Of a stretch of 64,000 nt of DNA, positions 45,242-54,904 are shown one piece after another. The stretch is from Thermomicrobiales bacterium (GTDB taxonomy: Bacteria > Chloroflexota > Chloroflexia > Thermomicrobiales > UBA6265): NCBI GenBank assembly GCA_046328375.1, contig JAXLWT010000031.1, forward strand, positions 607-64,606, written 5' to 3'. Position 1 is the first letter of the stretch. Each line of letters opens with the position of its first letter. Under the pieces are notes generated by a model that ran no database searches, was not told the DNA's origin, and saw only the letters and a program-made list of their open reading frames with translations. Made by a program: the position numbers and the translations under genes.

Positions 45242-46183
45242 TCAGCAGGCGCCCTCGGCCCAGCGCAGCACGCGCAGGGCACGCAGGGTGTTCCAGCGGC
45301 TCGGCTGGCCGACCCCGGCCTCCAGCGTGACCAGCATCGTCCCGGAATGCTCAGCGTCCAGGAGCCAGCGTCCGTCAGGTTGTTGCTTCAACCGCAGCAG
45401 CGTGATCGCCTCATCCAGGCGCTCGTCAGGGTTCGCCCCGGCCTCACGCAGGTAATCGAGCCCGCGCAACACGTCGTAGCTCCACCAGGACGGGAACGCG
45501 AACTGCGACCAGTCCGCCCCGGACTGGCGATCGCTGATGATTTCCCCCGTCGAGAGCCGTCGCATCAGGCGGCGCTCCAGCAGGTACTCCTGGCCTCGTA
45601 GCCGGGCTGCCGTCACCTCCGGGTGCGGCCCGAAGGCACGCTCATAGGCCAGCAATGCCTCCAGCACGCAGACTGTCGTGTTGAACGATGACCGGGTCGA
45701 GCCGAACTCCGCCTCGCAGTTCCAGCCGCCATCGTCCAGTTGTTCCCCGAGCAGGCGCCCGATGAGCGCGTGCACATCCTGCCCGAAGTACGCGGCCGCG
45801 GCCGCCACCTGCCCATTGATGCAGGGCTCGATCTCCCCTACGAAATAGGGGTTGTCATTACACTCCTCCGGGCCACTCCCTCGCCACGTCACCTGCTCCC
45901 GCACGCGGCCCAGTGCTTGCTGGGCCCCGGGACTGGCCGGGTCAAGCCCCAGTTGCCACAGGAGCCAGAGGGCATGCATCGTCGAGTTGAAGCCTGGATT
46001 CCAGGCGATACCTGCCCAGGTGCCATCGGCGGCCTGTTGCGCCAGAATCTGCGCTCCGGCACCCTCGGTGGCGACACGCGCTCGCTCGGCAGCAATCTCG
46101 CGCTCAGGGGCGTCCGTAAGATCGCGCAGCACCTGCCAGTGCAGCGCCGGGTCACCCTCCAGTAGCCAGTCAACGACGGTCAC
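45242..46183 (-). CDS. Prenyltransferase/squalene-cyclase-repeat (alpha/alpha toroid) protein of unknown function
   Basis: GTG 46183 follows AGGAGGAAATC. It has recurrent QW-like repeats: AADGTWAG, QLDDGGWNCE, QQPDGRWLLD. Confidence 0.75.
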   Translation of the reverse strand: MTVVDWLLEGDPALHWQVLRDLTDAPEREIAAERARVATEGAGAQILAQQAADGTWAGIAWNPGFNSTMHALWLLWQLGLDPASPGAQQALGRVREQVTWRGSGPEECNDNPYFVGEIEPCINGQVAAAAAYFGQDVHALIGRLLGEQLDDGGWNCEAEFGSTRSSFNTTVCVLEALLAYERAFGPHPEVTAARLRGQEYLLERRLMRRLSTGEIISDRQSGADWSQFAFPSWWSYDVLRGLDYLREAGANPDERLDEAITLLRLKQQPDGRWLLDAEHSGTMLVTLEAGVGQPSRWNTLRALRVLRWAEGAC

Positions 46184-46330
46184 GATTTCCTCCTGTCGCG
46201 CAGGCTGAAGCGGGGCGCTGGATGATAGTCGCGCAACTGGGCGGGAGTTCGACACAGGCCACAGGTCACAGGCGGTGTCTGTTGCGGGCTGCCCCAAACC
46301 GTGGCGGATAGCGGAAACGAGCAGGCAGCA

Positions 46331-46933
46331 TCATCCGCGCGGCGCGTAGTCGAGGACGGCCAGGTAGACGCACTCCCCAGAGCCGGCGTTCTCGAAGCGG
46401 TGGATCACGTCGGCGCGGAAGTAGAACGCGTCACCAGCCTCCAGCAGGTGAGACGTGGCGCCGATCACCATGCGCAATGACCCCGTCTCCACCAGGACGT
46501 ATTTATCGATAGCCGGGTGGTAGGGCTGCAGATCATCGGTCGCCGTTCCACCCGGCAGCGTCACGCGGATCCACTCAATGCCTCGCCCGGCAAAGGCGGG
46601 CGAGAGGAGCTGCCGGTCGATTCCCGTCCGCTCATCGCGAAAGACCAGCCGCTCCCCGGCCGGGATAGTGACCGTTGGGCGCCGCTCCTCTTCCCCCAGG
46701 AGCTGGGCCAGGCTCACCCCAAGCGCACGCGCGACGTCAGTCGCGGCATTGAGCGATGGACTGTGCTCACCACGCTCGAGGTTGGAGAGGGTAGCGCGGC
46801 TCACCCCGGCGGCCGCCGCCAGCTCCTCCAACGTCAGCCCCTGCTGGCTCCGCGCTTCCCGCACCCGTGCGCCAAAGCGGGATGACACCGAACCACCAGC
46901 CGGGTTGGCTGTAATCTCCGGATGCTCTTCCAT
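46331..46933 (-). CDS. XRE-family HTH regulator with a C-terminal cupin domain
   Basis: The HTH reads [39 protein letters not shown]. The cupin region reads [14 protein letters not shown]...[16 protein letters not shown]. Confidence 0.9.
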   Translation of the reverse strand: MEEHPEITANPAGGSVSSRFGARVREARSQQGLTLEELAAAAGVSRATLSNLERGEHSPSLNAATDVARALGVSLAQLLGEEERRPTVTIPAGERLVFRDERTGIDRQLLSPAFAGRGIEWIRVTLPGGTATDDLQPYHPAIDKYVLVETGSLRMVIGATSHLLEAGDAFYFRADVIHRFENAGSGECVYLAVLDYAPRG

Positions 46934-46958
46934 ATATTGTATTTCTCCAGTATATTGG
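46933..46958. promoter_or_regulatory. AT-rich divergent promoter/operator region between the XRE-cupin gene and ilvD
   Basis: The direct repeat TATATTG occurs twice, 18 nt apart (46933-39 and 46951-57). This is the only AT-rich patch here. No TSS evidence is available. Confidence 0.35.
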
Positions 46959-47018
46959 AATCCTCCTGTTCGACCATCGCGAGATCAATCAGGACCAGCC
47001 ATCGTCAGGGAGTACCCC

Positions 47019-48704
47019 ATGCGTTCCAACACGATCAAGCAGGGTATCGAGCGAGCACCCCACCGCGGCCTGCTGCGGGCCACCGGCCAGATTCGCAGTG
47101 AAAGCGATTTTGGCAAGCCTTTCATCGCCATCTGCAACTCATACGTCGACATCATCCCCGGACACGTTCACCTGCAGGAGTTCGGACGCGTCGTCAAGGA
47201 GGCCGTGCGCGCGGCTGGCGGTGTCCCGTTCGAGTTCAACACCATCGGCGTCGATGACGGGATCGCCATGGGGCATGAGGGGATGCGTTACTCCCTTCCC
47301 TCGCGCGAACTCATAGCGGACAGCATCGAGACCATGACGATGGCGCACTGTTTCGACGCCATGATCTGCATCCCGAACTGCGACAAGATTACGCCAGGGA
47401 TGCTGATGGGAGCGGCGCGGGTCGATATCCCGACCATCTTCGTCTCCGGGGGGCCAATGCTGGCTGGCCAGGATGGGGCCGGCAACAGCGCCGACCTGGT
47501 CACCATCTTCGAGGCGGTTGGCAAGCGGGCAGCGGGCGAGATCGACGACGCGCAACTGCTGAAGATCGAGCAACTGAGCTGCCCCACCTGCGGCAGTTGC
47601 TCCGGGATGTTCACCGCCAACTCCATGAACTGCCTCTGCGAGGCGCTGGGCATCGCACTACCGGGCAACGGCACGATCCCGGCGGTTTCTCCCCGCCGGC
47701 ATGATCTGGCACGCCGGGCCGCCGCCCAGATCCTGGAACTCTGGCGGCAAGGCATCTCCTTCCGCGACATCGTCACTCCCGAGGCGATCGATAACGCGAT
47801 GGCGCTCGATGTGGCAATGGGCGGGTCCACCAACACGGTCCTGCATGTGCTGGCCCTGGCCCGTGAATCGGGGCTCGACTATCCGCTCACGCGCTTCAAC
47901 GAGGTCTCGGACCGCGTGCCGCACCTGGCCAAGGTCTCCCCGGCCTGGGACGGTCCACGGCAGTGGCACATCCAGGACGTCGACGAGGCAGGCGGTGTTT
48001 CCGCCCTCCTGCACGAACTGGCAGGGCAACCGGGAACACTTCATCTCGACGCGCAGACCGTGACGGGCACGCCGCTGGGCGAGGTCATCGCCCAGGCGGA
48101 GAACCGCAATCCCGCCTGCCTGCGGCCTGTCAACCGGCCGCATTCACCGCGCGGAGCGCTCTGCGTGCTCTTTGGCAACCTGGCTCCGGAGGGGGCGGTG
48201 GTCAAGGTCGGCGCGGTCGAGCACCACCAGGTGCACTTTCGTGGACCCGCTCGAGTCTTCGACAGCGAGGAAGACGCCACGAACGCCGTCATCAACCGTC
48301 GCATCAGGCAGGGCCAGGTGATCGTGGTGCGTTACGAAGGGCCGCGCGGCGGGCCAGGGATGCGCGAGATGCTCTCATTGACGAGCATGGTCAAGGGGAT
48401 CCCGGAACTGAGCGCCAGCACCGCCCTGGTCACGGACGGCCGGTTCAGCGGGGGCACGCGCGGCCTCTCGATTGGTCATGTTTCGCCGGAGGCCGCAGAG
48501 GGCGGGGCGATCGCCCTCTTGCAAGATGGGGACATGATCACCATCGACCTCGCTGCGCGCCGGCTGGAGGTGGAGTGCTCCGACGCTGAACTGGCGGCCC
48601 GCCGTGCGGCCTGGACTCCGCCCCTCAGGGAAGAGCGGCGTGGTTGGCTGGGTCGCTACCGGAGGCTGGTGACAAACGCCGCGCAGGGGGCCGTCCTCGC
48701 GTAA
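47019..48704 (+). CDS. ilvD: Dihydroxy-acid dehydratase
   Basis: Diagnostic strings: [23 protein letters not shown]...[10 protein letters not shown]...[17 protein letters not shown]...[17 protein letters not shown]...TDGRFSGGT. Confidence 0.95.
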   Translation: MRSNTIKQGIERAPHRGLLRATGQIRSESDFGKPFIAICNSYVDIIPGHVHLQEFGRVVKEAVRAAGGVPFEFNTIGVDDGIAMGHEGMRYSLPSRELIADSIETMTMAHCFDAMICIPNCDKITPGMLMGAARVDIPTIFVSGGPMLAGQDGAGNSADLVTIFEAVGKRAAGEIDDAQLLKIEQLSCPTCGSCSGMFTANSMNCLCEALGIALPGNGTIPAVSPRRHDLARRAAAQILELWRQGISFRDIVTPEAIDNAMALDVAMGGSTNTVLHVLALARESGLDYPLTRFNEVSDRVPHLAKVSPAWDGPRQWHIQDVDEAGGVSALLHELAGQPGTLHLDAQTVTGTPLGEVIAQAENRNPACLRPVNRPHSPRGALCVLFGNLAPEGAVVKVGAVEHHQVHFRGPARVFDSEEDATNAVINRRIRQGQVIVVRYEGPRGGPGMREMLSLTSMVKGIPELSASTALVTDGRFSGGTRGLSIGHVSPEAAEGGAIALLQDGDMITIDLAARRLEVECSDAELAARRAAWTPPLREERRGWLGRYRRLVTNAAQGAVLA

Positions 48705-48716
48705 GAACGGCGTGGC

Positions 48717-50006
48717 TCACGGGTGGGGCGAAGCCAACGGAACGTGGAGCGTGAAGGTTGACCCCACGCCAGGCGTGCTCTCCACGGTGATCTCGCCGTC
48801 CATCACCGTGGCCAGGCGCCTGGCGATGGCCAGGCCCAGGCCGGCCCCATGGTGGCGCGGGCGGCCATGATCAGCCTGGCGGTAGGGCTCGAAGATCCTG
48901 GTCAGGGCGTCGGGTGCGATGCCATAGCCGGTGTCACGCACGTGAATGAAGAGCCGCTCCCTGTCCATGGCGACGGCGATCTCCACCGACCCAGATTCGG
49001 TAAATTTCACCGCGTTGCCCGCCAGGTTGAGCAGGATCTGGCGTAGGCGCTCCGCGTCCCCAAGCAGTGGCGGCAGGCTTTCCGGGAGGTGCATCCGCAG
49101 CTCAAGGCCGCGCTGCGCCGCCTGTGGCTGCACGTCCTGGCGTACCTGCTCCAGGACCTGGGCCAGGTCAACGGGGTCGCGCCGCAGCATCAGGCCGTCG
49201 GCTTCCATGCGAGCCAGGTCGAGCAGGTCGTTGATGATGGTGAGCATCCGGCGCCCGCCCATCTGGATATAGCCGAGATCTGCGCGCTGCTCTTCGTTCA
49301 GGATGGCGTGCGAGTCGGCGAGCAGGAATTCGGCGTACCCCAGTATGGCCTGCAATGGCGTACGCAACTCGTGGTTGGCCATGGCCAGGAAGGCGCTCTT
49401 GGCCTGGTTGGCGGCCTCCGCTGCCTCCTTCGCCTGGAGCAACGCGGTGTGCTCGCGCTCATGCAGGATGGCAACCCCGGCCAGGTCACCTGACTGGTCA
49501 ACCAGGACCAGATCACCTTCCGAGGGTGCCCGTGGCTCCCGGTAATAGACCGCGAACGTCCCGAGCACCTCGTCACGCTCCCGGTCGAAGATGGGGAGCG
49601 ACCAGCAGGCACTCAGCCCGTGTGCGACCGCAAACTCCCTCCACCCGGCCCACCGAGGATCAGTCGCGATATCGCTGACGATGACCGATTCCCGGAGGAA
49701 GGCGGCCGTGCCGCACGAGCCGACCATGGGACCAATGCGCACCCCGTCGATGGCCCTGGCAAAACTCTCGGGGAGACTGGGCGCAGCGATATGGCGCAAC
49801 TGCCCGTTCGGCGCATCGAGGAGCAGGATGGAGCAGGCTGAGCCAGGCATCACGCCCTCCAGGGCCCGACAGAGCGCCGCGAGGACGACGGCGAGTGGTT
49901 TCCCTTCAGCCAGCAGGCGCAGGACATGGTTCTGCCCAGCAAGCAGACGTGCTGAGCGGTCACGCTGAGCGGTCCCGGTTGAAGAGTCAGGCACCAACCT
50001 CTCCAT
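48717..50006 (-). CDS. Sensor histidine kinase with an N-terminal GAF domain (cytoplasmic)
   Basis: The H-box is MANHELRTPLQAILGYAEFL. The N/G boxes are LLNLAGNAVKFT, VRDTGYGI and GAGLGLAI. The GAF-like region reads SILLLD...GSCGTAAF. I preferred ATG 50006. I see no adjacent response regulator. Confidence 0.85.
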   Translation of the reverse strand: MERLVPDSSTGTAQRDRSARLLAGQNHVLRLLAEGKPLAVVLAALCRALEGVMPGSACSILLLDAPNGQLRHIAAPSLPESFARAIDGVRIGPMVGSCGTAAFLRESVIVSDIATDPRWAGWREFAVAHGLSACWSLPIFDRERDEVLGTFAVYYREPRAPSEGDLVLVDQSGDLAGVAILHEREHTALLQAKEAAEAANQAKSAFLAMANHELRTPLQAILGYAEFLLADSHAILNEEQRADLGYIQMGGRRMLTIINDLLDLARMEADGLMLRRDPVDLAQVLEQVRQDVQPQAAQRGLELRMHLPESLPPLLGDAERLRQILLNLAGNAVKFTESGSVEIAVAMDRERLFIHVRDTGYGIAPDALTRIFEPYRQADHGRPRHHGAGLGLAIARRLATVMDGEITVESTPGVGSTFTLHVPLASPHP

Positions 50007-50425
50007 TGTCGTGCGGAGCGTGGATTGTCCGCGCGAACAGTAGCAGGATGCGTCCCAATGAATCGCGAAACAGGCAACACACGAGGCATGCATTGCTGGC
50101 ATGATCCTGCCAGTCCGCTGCTTGCGGTGCCCAGCCCGTGCCCCAGATAGACACATAAGTGATTGGCATTACATTCGTGCCTTGTCCGGACTGGACAAAG
50201 GGCCAATACTCACGTCGCTTCCGCGTGTTCTTCAACGATTCGTGCGGCGCAGCTTGGCGACGCATCCCTGATACACCGGCGTGTGACCAGGAGTGAGCAA
50301 CGAATGGAACGGCCGGTGACTCTCCGTGCGGGTGGGCTCTCTTGCGTCATCGACGTTGCCTCCGCCAGCACCTCAAGACCAGACGATGTCCGACAGCAGC
50401 GCCGCTGATACCCCCTGGGGCATGA

Positions 50426-52744
50426 GTGGCACGCTCCTCCCCTTCCCTGCTCCGCGCCACCTGGATGCGGGCTCATTACCCGCACCACGCACCTCCATTC
50501 GTGGGCCGTGCGCGCGAGATCGAGCGCGTGCAGGCGTTGCTCGCCCGGGAAGATGTCCGGCTCGTAACACTGACCGGTCCTGGTGGTGTGGGCAAGACCC
50601 GCGTGGCCATCCAGGCGGTCTCCAGCAGCGACCAGCCTGCCCATTTCGTGGACCTGGCCGATGTCCACCATCCTGCGCTTGTCCTGCCCACCATTGCCGC
50701 GGGCCTCAACGTCCGCACCGATGGCCGGCCAGTCCTGGACAGCCTCACCTTCGCCCTGCGGGATAGCGAATCACTGCTGGTCCTGGACAACTTCGAGCAG
50801 GTCTTGCCCGCCGCGGAGCAGCTGGCCGATCTGCTGGATGCCTGCCCTCAGCTGCGCCTGCTGATCACGAGCCGCGTCGTGCTGGACATCGTGGGTGAGC
50901 ATGTGATCGACATCCGGCCCTTTACCCTGCCGCCAGGCGAGTTGGGCGGGCCGGGTGCCGACCCGCGGCACATGGAGGCATGCCAACTCTTTGCCGACCG
51001 CGCCCAGGCGCTCGATCCTGAGTTCACGCTGACCAGCGAGAACGTTGCGACCATCCTCAATATCTGCCGGCAACTGGACGGCCTGCCACTTGCGATCGAA
51101 CTCGCGGCAGCCTGGGCGTCCGTGCTCTCGCCAGCCGCGCTGCTGGCCCAGCTTGACCATCGACTGACGCTGCCGAGCACGAGCGCGATCGGGACACCAT
51201 CGCGGCAACGCAGCCTGCGAGACACCATCGCCTGGAGCTACGGTCTGCTCAGCGATGCGTCGCAACTGCTGTTCCGCCGGGCCGCCGTGTGCAACGGCGG
51301 ATGCTCGCTCACCGCGGTGCAGGAAATCTGTGGCGACACCTCGCTGGATGTCCTGCACGAGTTACGTGCTCTCGTCGCCAACAGCCTGGTCCGGCGTATC
51401 AACGGGGCGCACGGTGATTCGCAGTACACCATGCTGGAAACAGTGCGCGAATTTGGCGTGGCGTGCCTGGAGGACAGTGGCGAAGCCCAGGAGATTCGGG
51501 GCCGGCACGCCGCGTTTTTCCTGGCGCTCGCCCAGCAAGCTGACGCCCACCAGAACACGCGGGATCGTGAAACCTGGCTCGACCGCCTGGAAGCCGAACA
51601 GGGCAACCTGAACAGCGCGCTCGGCTGGGCTCTCGCGCAGGGTGACGCCGAAACTGCGCTGGGCATCTGTGGCGCACTGCTCACGTTCTGGCAGTTCCGC
51701 TTCTACTCCACTGTTGGGCTGGGCTGGGTGCGGCGCGCCCTGGCGCTCGAGCAGCCCGCGTCGGAGCATGTCCGTCGCAAGGCTCGCTACTGCGCGGGCA
51801 CGCTGGCCTACATGCACGGCGAAGACGCCGAAGCCACGGCGATCTTCACGGACCTCCTGGAGGAGTTTCGGGCAGCCGACGAACCAGCGATGGTTGGCCG
51901 GGTGGAGGTTGCACTTGGCCGGCTTGCCTGGGACGCGGGCAACCTGGAGACTGCCGGAGCCTGGTTTGCATCATCCCGGGAGCAGTTTGCGCGTTGCGGG
52001 GATGAGGTCGGCCTGGCGCACAGCCTGCACGGCCTGGGACTCGTTGCCCACAAGGCCGGGGAGATCGCCCTGGCTGAGACATTCCTGCGGGACTCTCTGC
52101 AGAAATGGCACGCGCTGGGGTTTACGTGGGAGCTGGCCCGGTGCATCCCCGGCCACCTCGCTGATGTCGCGCGGGCTGCCGGGAACTGGCCCCAGGCGCT
52201 GGTGCTCTACCAGGAGTGCCTCTCCCTCAACTGGGCCGCCCAGGATCTCGAAAACATCTCCTGGAGCCTGATGGGCCTGGCACACATCGCAATTGCCGAT
52301 GGCGCCTGGGAGCTCGCCGCCCACCTGATGGGCATGGCGGACCGGTTCGAGGATCTCACCGGCGCGCCCCTCACGCCGCACATCCACCGGGATCATGAGC
52401 TGGCGGAACACACGCTGATCGATCACTTCGGCCCGGTGCCGTTCGCTGATGCGCTTGAAGCCGCCCGCGGGGCCGACCTGGAGACGGAAGTGGCGGCGGC
52501 CCTGGCGTTGACGCGTCCCTTCAATCGTCCCGCGGCGCCGAGGTCCTCCGACCAGGGGCTGACCCAGCGCGAGCTCGAGGTCCTGCGCATGATGGCGTCA
52601 GGCAGATCCAACCAGGAGATCGCCGACACGCTCTTCCTGAGCGTCGGGACCGTCAAGGTTCACGTCACGCGCATCCTGGCCAAGCTGGGCGTCAAGTCGC
52701 GCGCGGCTGCCACCGACTACGCGCACCGGCACCACCTCGCCTGA
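50426..52744 (+). CDS. LuxR-family regulator with NB-ARC/AAA (STAND) ATPase and TPR domains. The 5' end may be frameshifted.
   Basis: Diagnostic strings: [11 protein letters not shown]...[13 protein letters not shown]...LLVLDNFEQ...[12 protein letters not shown]. The C-terminal HTH reads [45 protein letters not shown]. Confidence 0.85.
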   Translation: MARSSPSLLRATWMRAHYPHHAPPFVGRAREIERVQALLAREDVRLVTLTGPGGVGKTRVAIQAVSSSDQPAHFVDLADVHHPALVLPTIAAGLNVRTDGRPVLDSLTFALRDSESLLVLDNFEQVLPAAEQLADLLDACPQLRLLITSRVVLDIVGEHVIDIRPFTLPPGELGGPGADPRHMEACQLFADRAQALDPEFTLTSENVATILNICRQLDGLPLAIELAAAWASVLSPAALLAQLDHRLTLPSTSAIGTPSRQRSLRDTIAWSYGLLSDASQLLFRRAAVCNGGCSLTAVQEICGDTSLDVLHELRALVANSLVRRINGAHGDSQYTMLETVREFGVACLEDSGEAQEIRGRHAAFFLALAQQADAHQNTRDRETWLDRLEAEQGNLNSALGWALAQGDAETALGICGALLTFWQFRFYSTVGLGWVRRALALEQPASEHVRRKARYCAGTLAYMHGEDAEATAIFTDLLEEFRAADEPAMVGRVEVALGRLAWDAGNLETAGAWFASSREQFARCGDEVGLAHSLHGLGLVAHKAGEIALAETFLRDSLQKWHALGFTWELARCIPGHLADVARAAGNWPQALVLYQECLSLNWAAQDLENISWSLMGLAHIAIADGAWELAAHLMGMADRFEDLTGAPLTPHIHRDHELAEHTLIDHFGPVPFADALEAARGADLETEVAAALALTRPFNRPAAPRSSDQGLTQRELEVLRMMASGRSNQEIADTLFLSVGTVKVHVTRILAKLGVKSRAAATDYAHRHHLA

Positions 52745-52840
52745 CCTCGGTTACGGTCATCGCATCTGCCGCAAGTGGAGGCGTCGTGACGACGCAGTCA
52801 GACCACCAAGCGCCCAGGCAGACGCCTCGTGGCCGTTTCT

Positions 52841-53623
52841 CTACCTGGTGGGCTCCGCAGCCGCGCCGACCTCCCCTTCCGCCAGTTTCGGGTCACCGGC
52901 AAAGAAGGTGTAGTCGTTCTCCTTCAGCCACTCGCCTGCCACACGGGTCGATTCCTCGGTGCCAGCCATGTCATCAAACACGGTGATATACGCCTGGCCA
53001 CCCGTCTCCGCGTCGGCGCTGCCAAAGTAAGCGACGAACCCGGGGATGGCCTCGACCAACGGCACATAGCCTTCCCCGATCAGGCGCATGACGTCCGCCA
53101 CCTCCCAGTCCGGATTCGGTTGCCGCAAGCGGATGACGACGTATTTGCCGAGCAGGTCTCCGGCGGGCGCCGGGGTCGCAACCCCAATCACGCCGTTGTG
53201 TACATCTGGATCTCCCTCGTAGACATCCAGCATGTTTGCCTTCACCCATTCGCCGGCAATGCGGTTCGACTCCGCCACACCGGCCTCATCCGTGAAGATC
53301 CCGACCGAGAAGAGGGCGCGAGTCTCCGGGTTGGCGGCAGCGAAGTAGAGGTCCAGCCCCGGGACCGCCTGGACCAGGGGCACAAAGCCATCCTGAATCT
53401 GGGCCAACACGTCCTCGACCTCGCGGTCAGCCTTCACAGTCCTGAGACGGATCACCACATGTTGCCCCAGCAGGCCTGCGTCAGCCCCTGGCGAGGCGAC
53501 CGGGCTCGCGTCTTGCGCCAATGTCGCCTGGTCAGCGTTTACACCAGCCGTGACCAGCACCAGCAAACCACCCGTCAGCTTGATCGCCGTCCGCCGCGTC
53601 ACGCCACGTGCTGTCATCGTCAT
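52841..53623 (-). CDS. Tat-signal secreted protein with two tandem ABM/Dabb-like (ferredoxin-fold) repeats
   Basis: The signal is MTMTARGVTRRTAIKLTGGLLVLVTAGVNA. There are two ~100-aa internal repeats: (Q/K)(H/Y)VVIRLR...V.D(V/M)...I..G(F/Y)VPLV.A(V/I)PG...YF...AGEW(V/L)K. Confidence 0.75.
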   Translation of the reverse strand: MTMTARGVTRRTAIKLTGGLLVLVTAGVNADQATLAQDASPVASPGADAGLLGQHVVIRLRTVKADREVEDVLAQIQDGFVPLVQAVPGLDLYFAAANPETRALFSVGIFTDEAGVAESNRIAGEWVKANMLDVYEGDPDVHNGVIGVATPAPAGDLLGKYVVIRLRQPNPDWEVADVMRLIGEGYVPLVEAIPGFVAYFGSADAETGGQAYITVFDDMAGTEESTRVAGEWLKENDYTFFAGDPKLAEGEVGAAAEPTR

Positions 53624-53777
53624 GCCCTTCAGCAAACTCGCCACGATTCCAGGAGAATTTCGCACCAGCACCTGGCGCGCTGGGTGTTGTCTCCAGTGTG
53701 AGGCCAACGCGCGTCCTGCACGTCTATCGAAAGTCGTATTTGGGTGTATGACGGGACAGGAGATGAGGCTCGGTGGG

Positions 53778-54779
53778 TCAGCCGCCGCTACTCCCGCGCA
53801 CCACCAACTCAGCGCGCAGCAGCGTGGCGGGCGGGCGGGATAGCGCCGGCCCCTCCATCGCCGACCTCAACAGGGCGACCCCCTGCCTACCCATCTCGCG
53901 CATGGGGACACGCATGGTGGTGAGGTCCAGGTACGTAGCCAGGTCGATATCGTTGTACCCAATGACCGCCAGGTCATCCGGCACCCGCACGCCAAGGCGC
54001 CGCGCGGCGGTCAGCACACCGGCGGCCTGGGTATCGCTGCCCACGAAGAGCGCCGTCGGGGGAGCAGGTTGGGCGACAAGAGCCGCCAGCGCCGCCTCGC
54101 CACCGGCAGCACTGAACTCGGTGATGATCTCGTAGGTTGGGTGGAGCGGTAACCCGGCAGCAGTCACTGCAGCTTCATAGCCATGTTGACGCCCCGCAGG
54201 CGACCCCTGGGCGAAGGGGGTAGCAGCGTGATCGACGTAGGCAATACGCCGGTGCCCCAGGTCAATCAGGTGCTGCACCGCCTGGGCCGCGGCTGATTCG
54301 TGATCGACCGCAATGCTGGGCAACATGCGGTGCAGGCCGTCAACCAGCACGACAGGCATGCGCTCGGCGTCCAGGCGTCGCACGAGGGCGGGTGTTGGCG
54401 CCTGCGAGACGATGATGGCGCCATCAGCGCGGCCTGGGGCAGCGAGCGCGGCAAAGACGCGGGCCCGGTCCTCGGCACGTTCGATAGTGCGGATCAGCAG
54501 GGAGTAGCCGCTCCCTTCCAACGCAATCTCGATCCCACGCAGCACCTCCACGTAGAAATCGCGCGAGACCAGCGGCACCGCGACCTCGAGCGTATCGGTG
54601 CGCTTCCGCGAGAGCGCCTGCGCGGCAGCGTTCGGGTGATAGCCCAGACGCGCGATGGCCGCTTCCACCTTCTCACGTGTCGCCGGCGCCACGCGGGGCT
54701 GACCTCCAAGCACGCGAGAAACGGTGCCCACGCCAACACCAGCTTCGCGCGCAACGTCTCGGATCGTGGCAGGGCGCAT
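53778..54779 (-). CDS. LacI family transcriptional regulator
   Basis: ATG 54779. The HTH reads MRPATIRDVAREAGVGVGTVSRVLGG. A periplasmic-binding-protein-like effector domain follows. Confidence 0.9.
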   Translation of the reverse strand: MRPATIRDVAREAGVGVGTVSRVLGGQPRVAPATREKVEAAIARLGYHPNAAAQALSRKRTDTLEVAVPLVSRDFYVEVLRGIEIALEGSGYSLLIRTIERAEDRARVFAALAAPGRADGAIIVSQAPTPALVRRLDAERMPVVLVDGLHRMLPSIAVDHESAAAQAVQHLIDLGHRRIAYVDHAATPFAQGSPAGRQHGYEAAVTAAGLPLHPTYEIITEFSAAGGEAALAALVAQPAPPTALFVGSDTQAAGVLTAARRLGVRVPDDLAVIGYNDIDLATYLDLTTMRVPMREMGRQGVALLRSAMEGPALSRPPATLLRAELVVRGSSGG

Positions 54780-54824
54780 GATGATCTCCGTAGCCGCAAC
54801 ACAATGAACGGCGGTGGTACTTGC

Positions 54825-54874
54825 GGAACCGGTTCCACCATCATACACTCTAGAGTCGAGTGGAACCGGTTCCA
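54825..54874. promoter_or_regulatory. Two perfect palindromic operator-like sites in the LacI/ClC divergent region
   Basis: GGAACCGGTTCC lies at 54825-54836 and TGGAACCGGTTCCA at 54861-54874. Their centres are 37 nt apart. They lie between ATG 54779 (-) and ATG 54905 (+). Confidence 0.6.
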
Positions 54875-54904
54875 CAATTGCTCCAGAGGAGAGTAACCAC
54901 CTTC

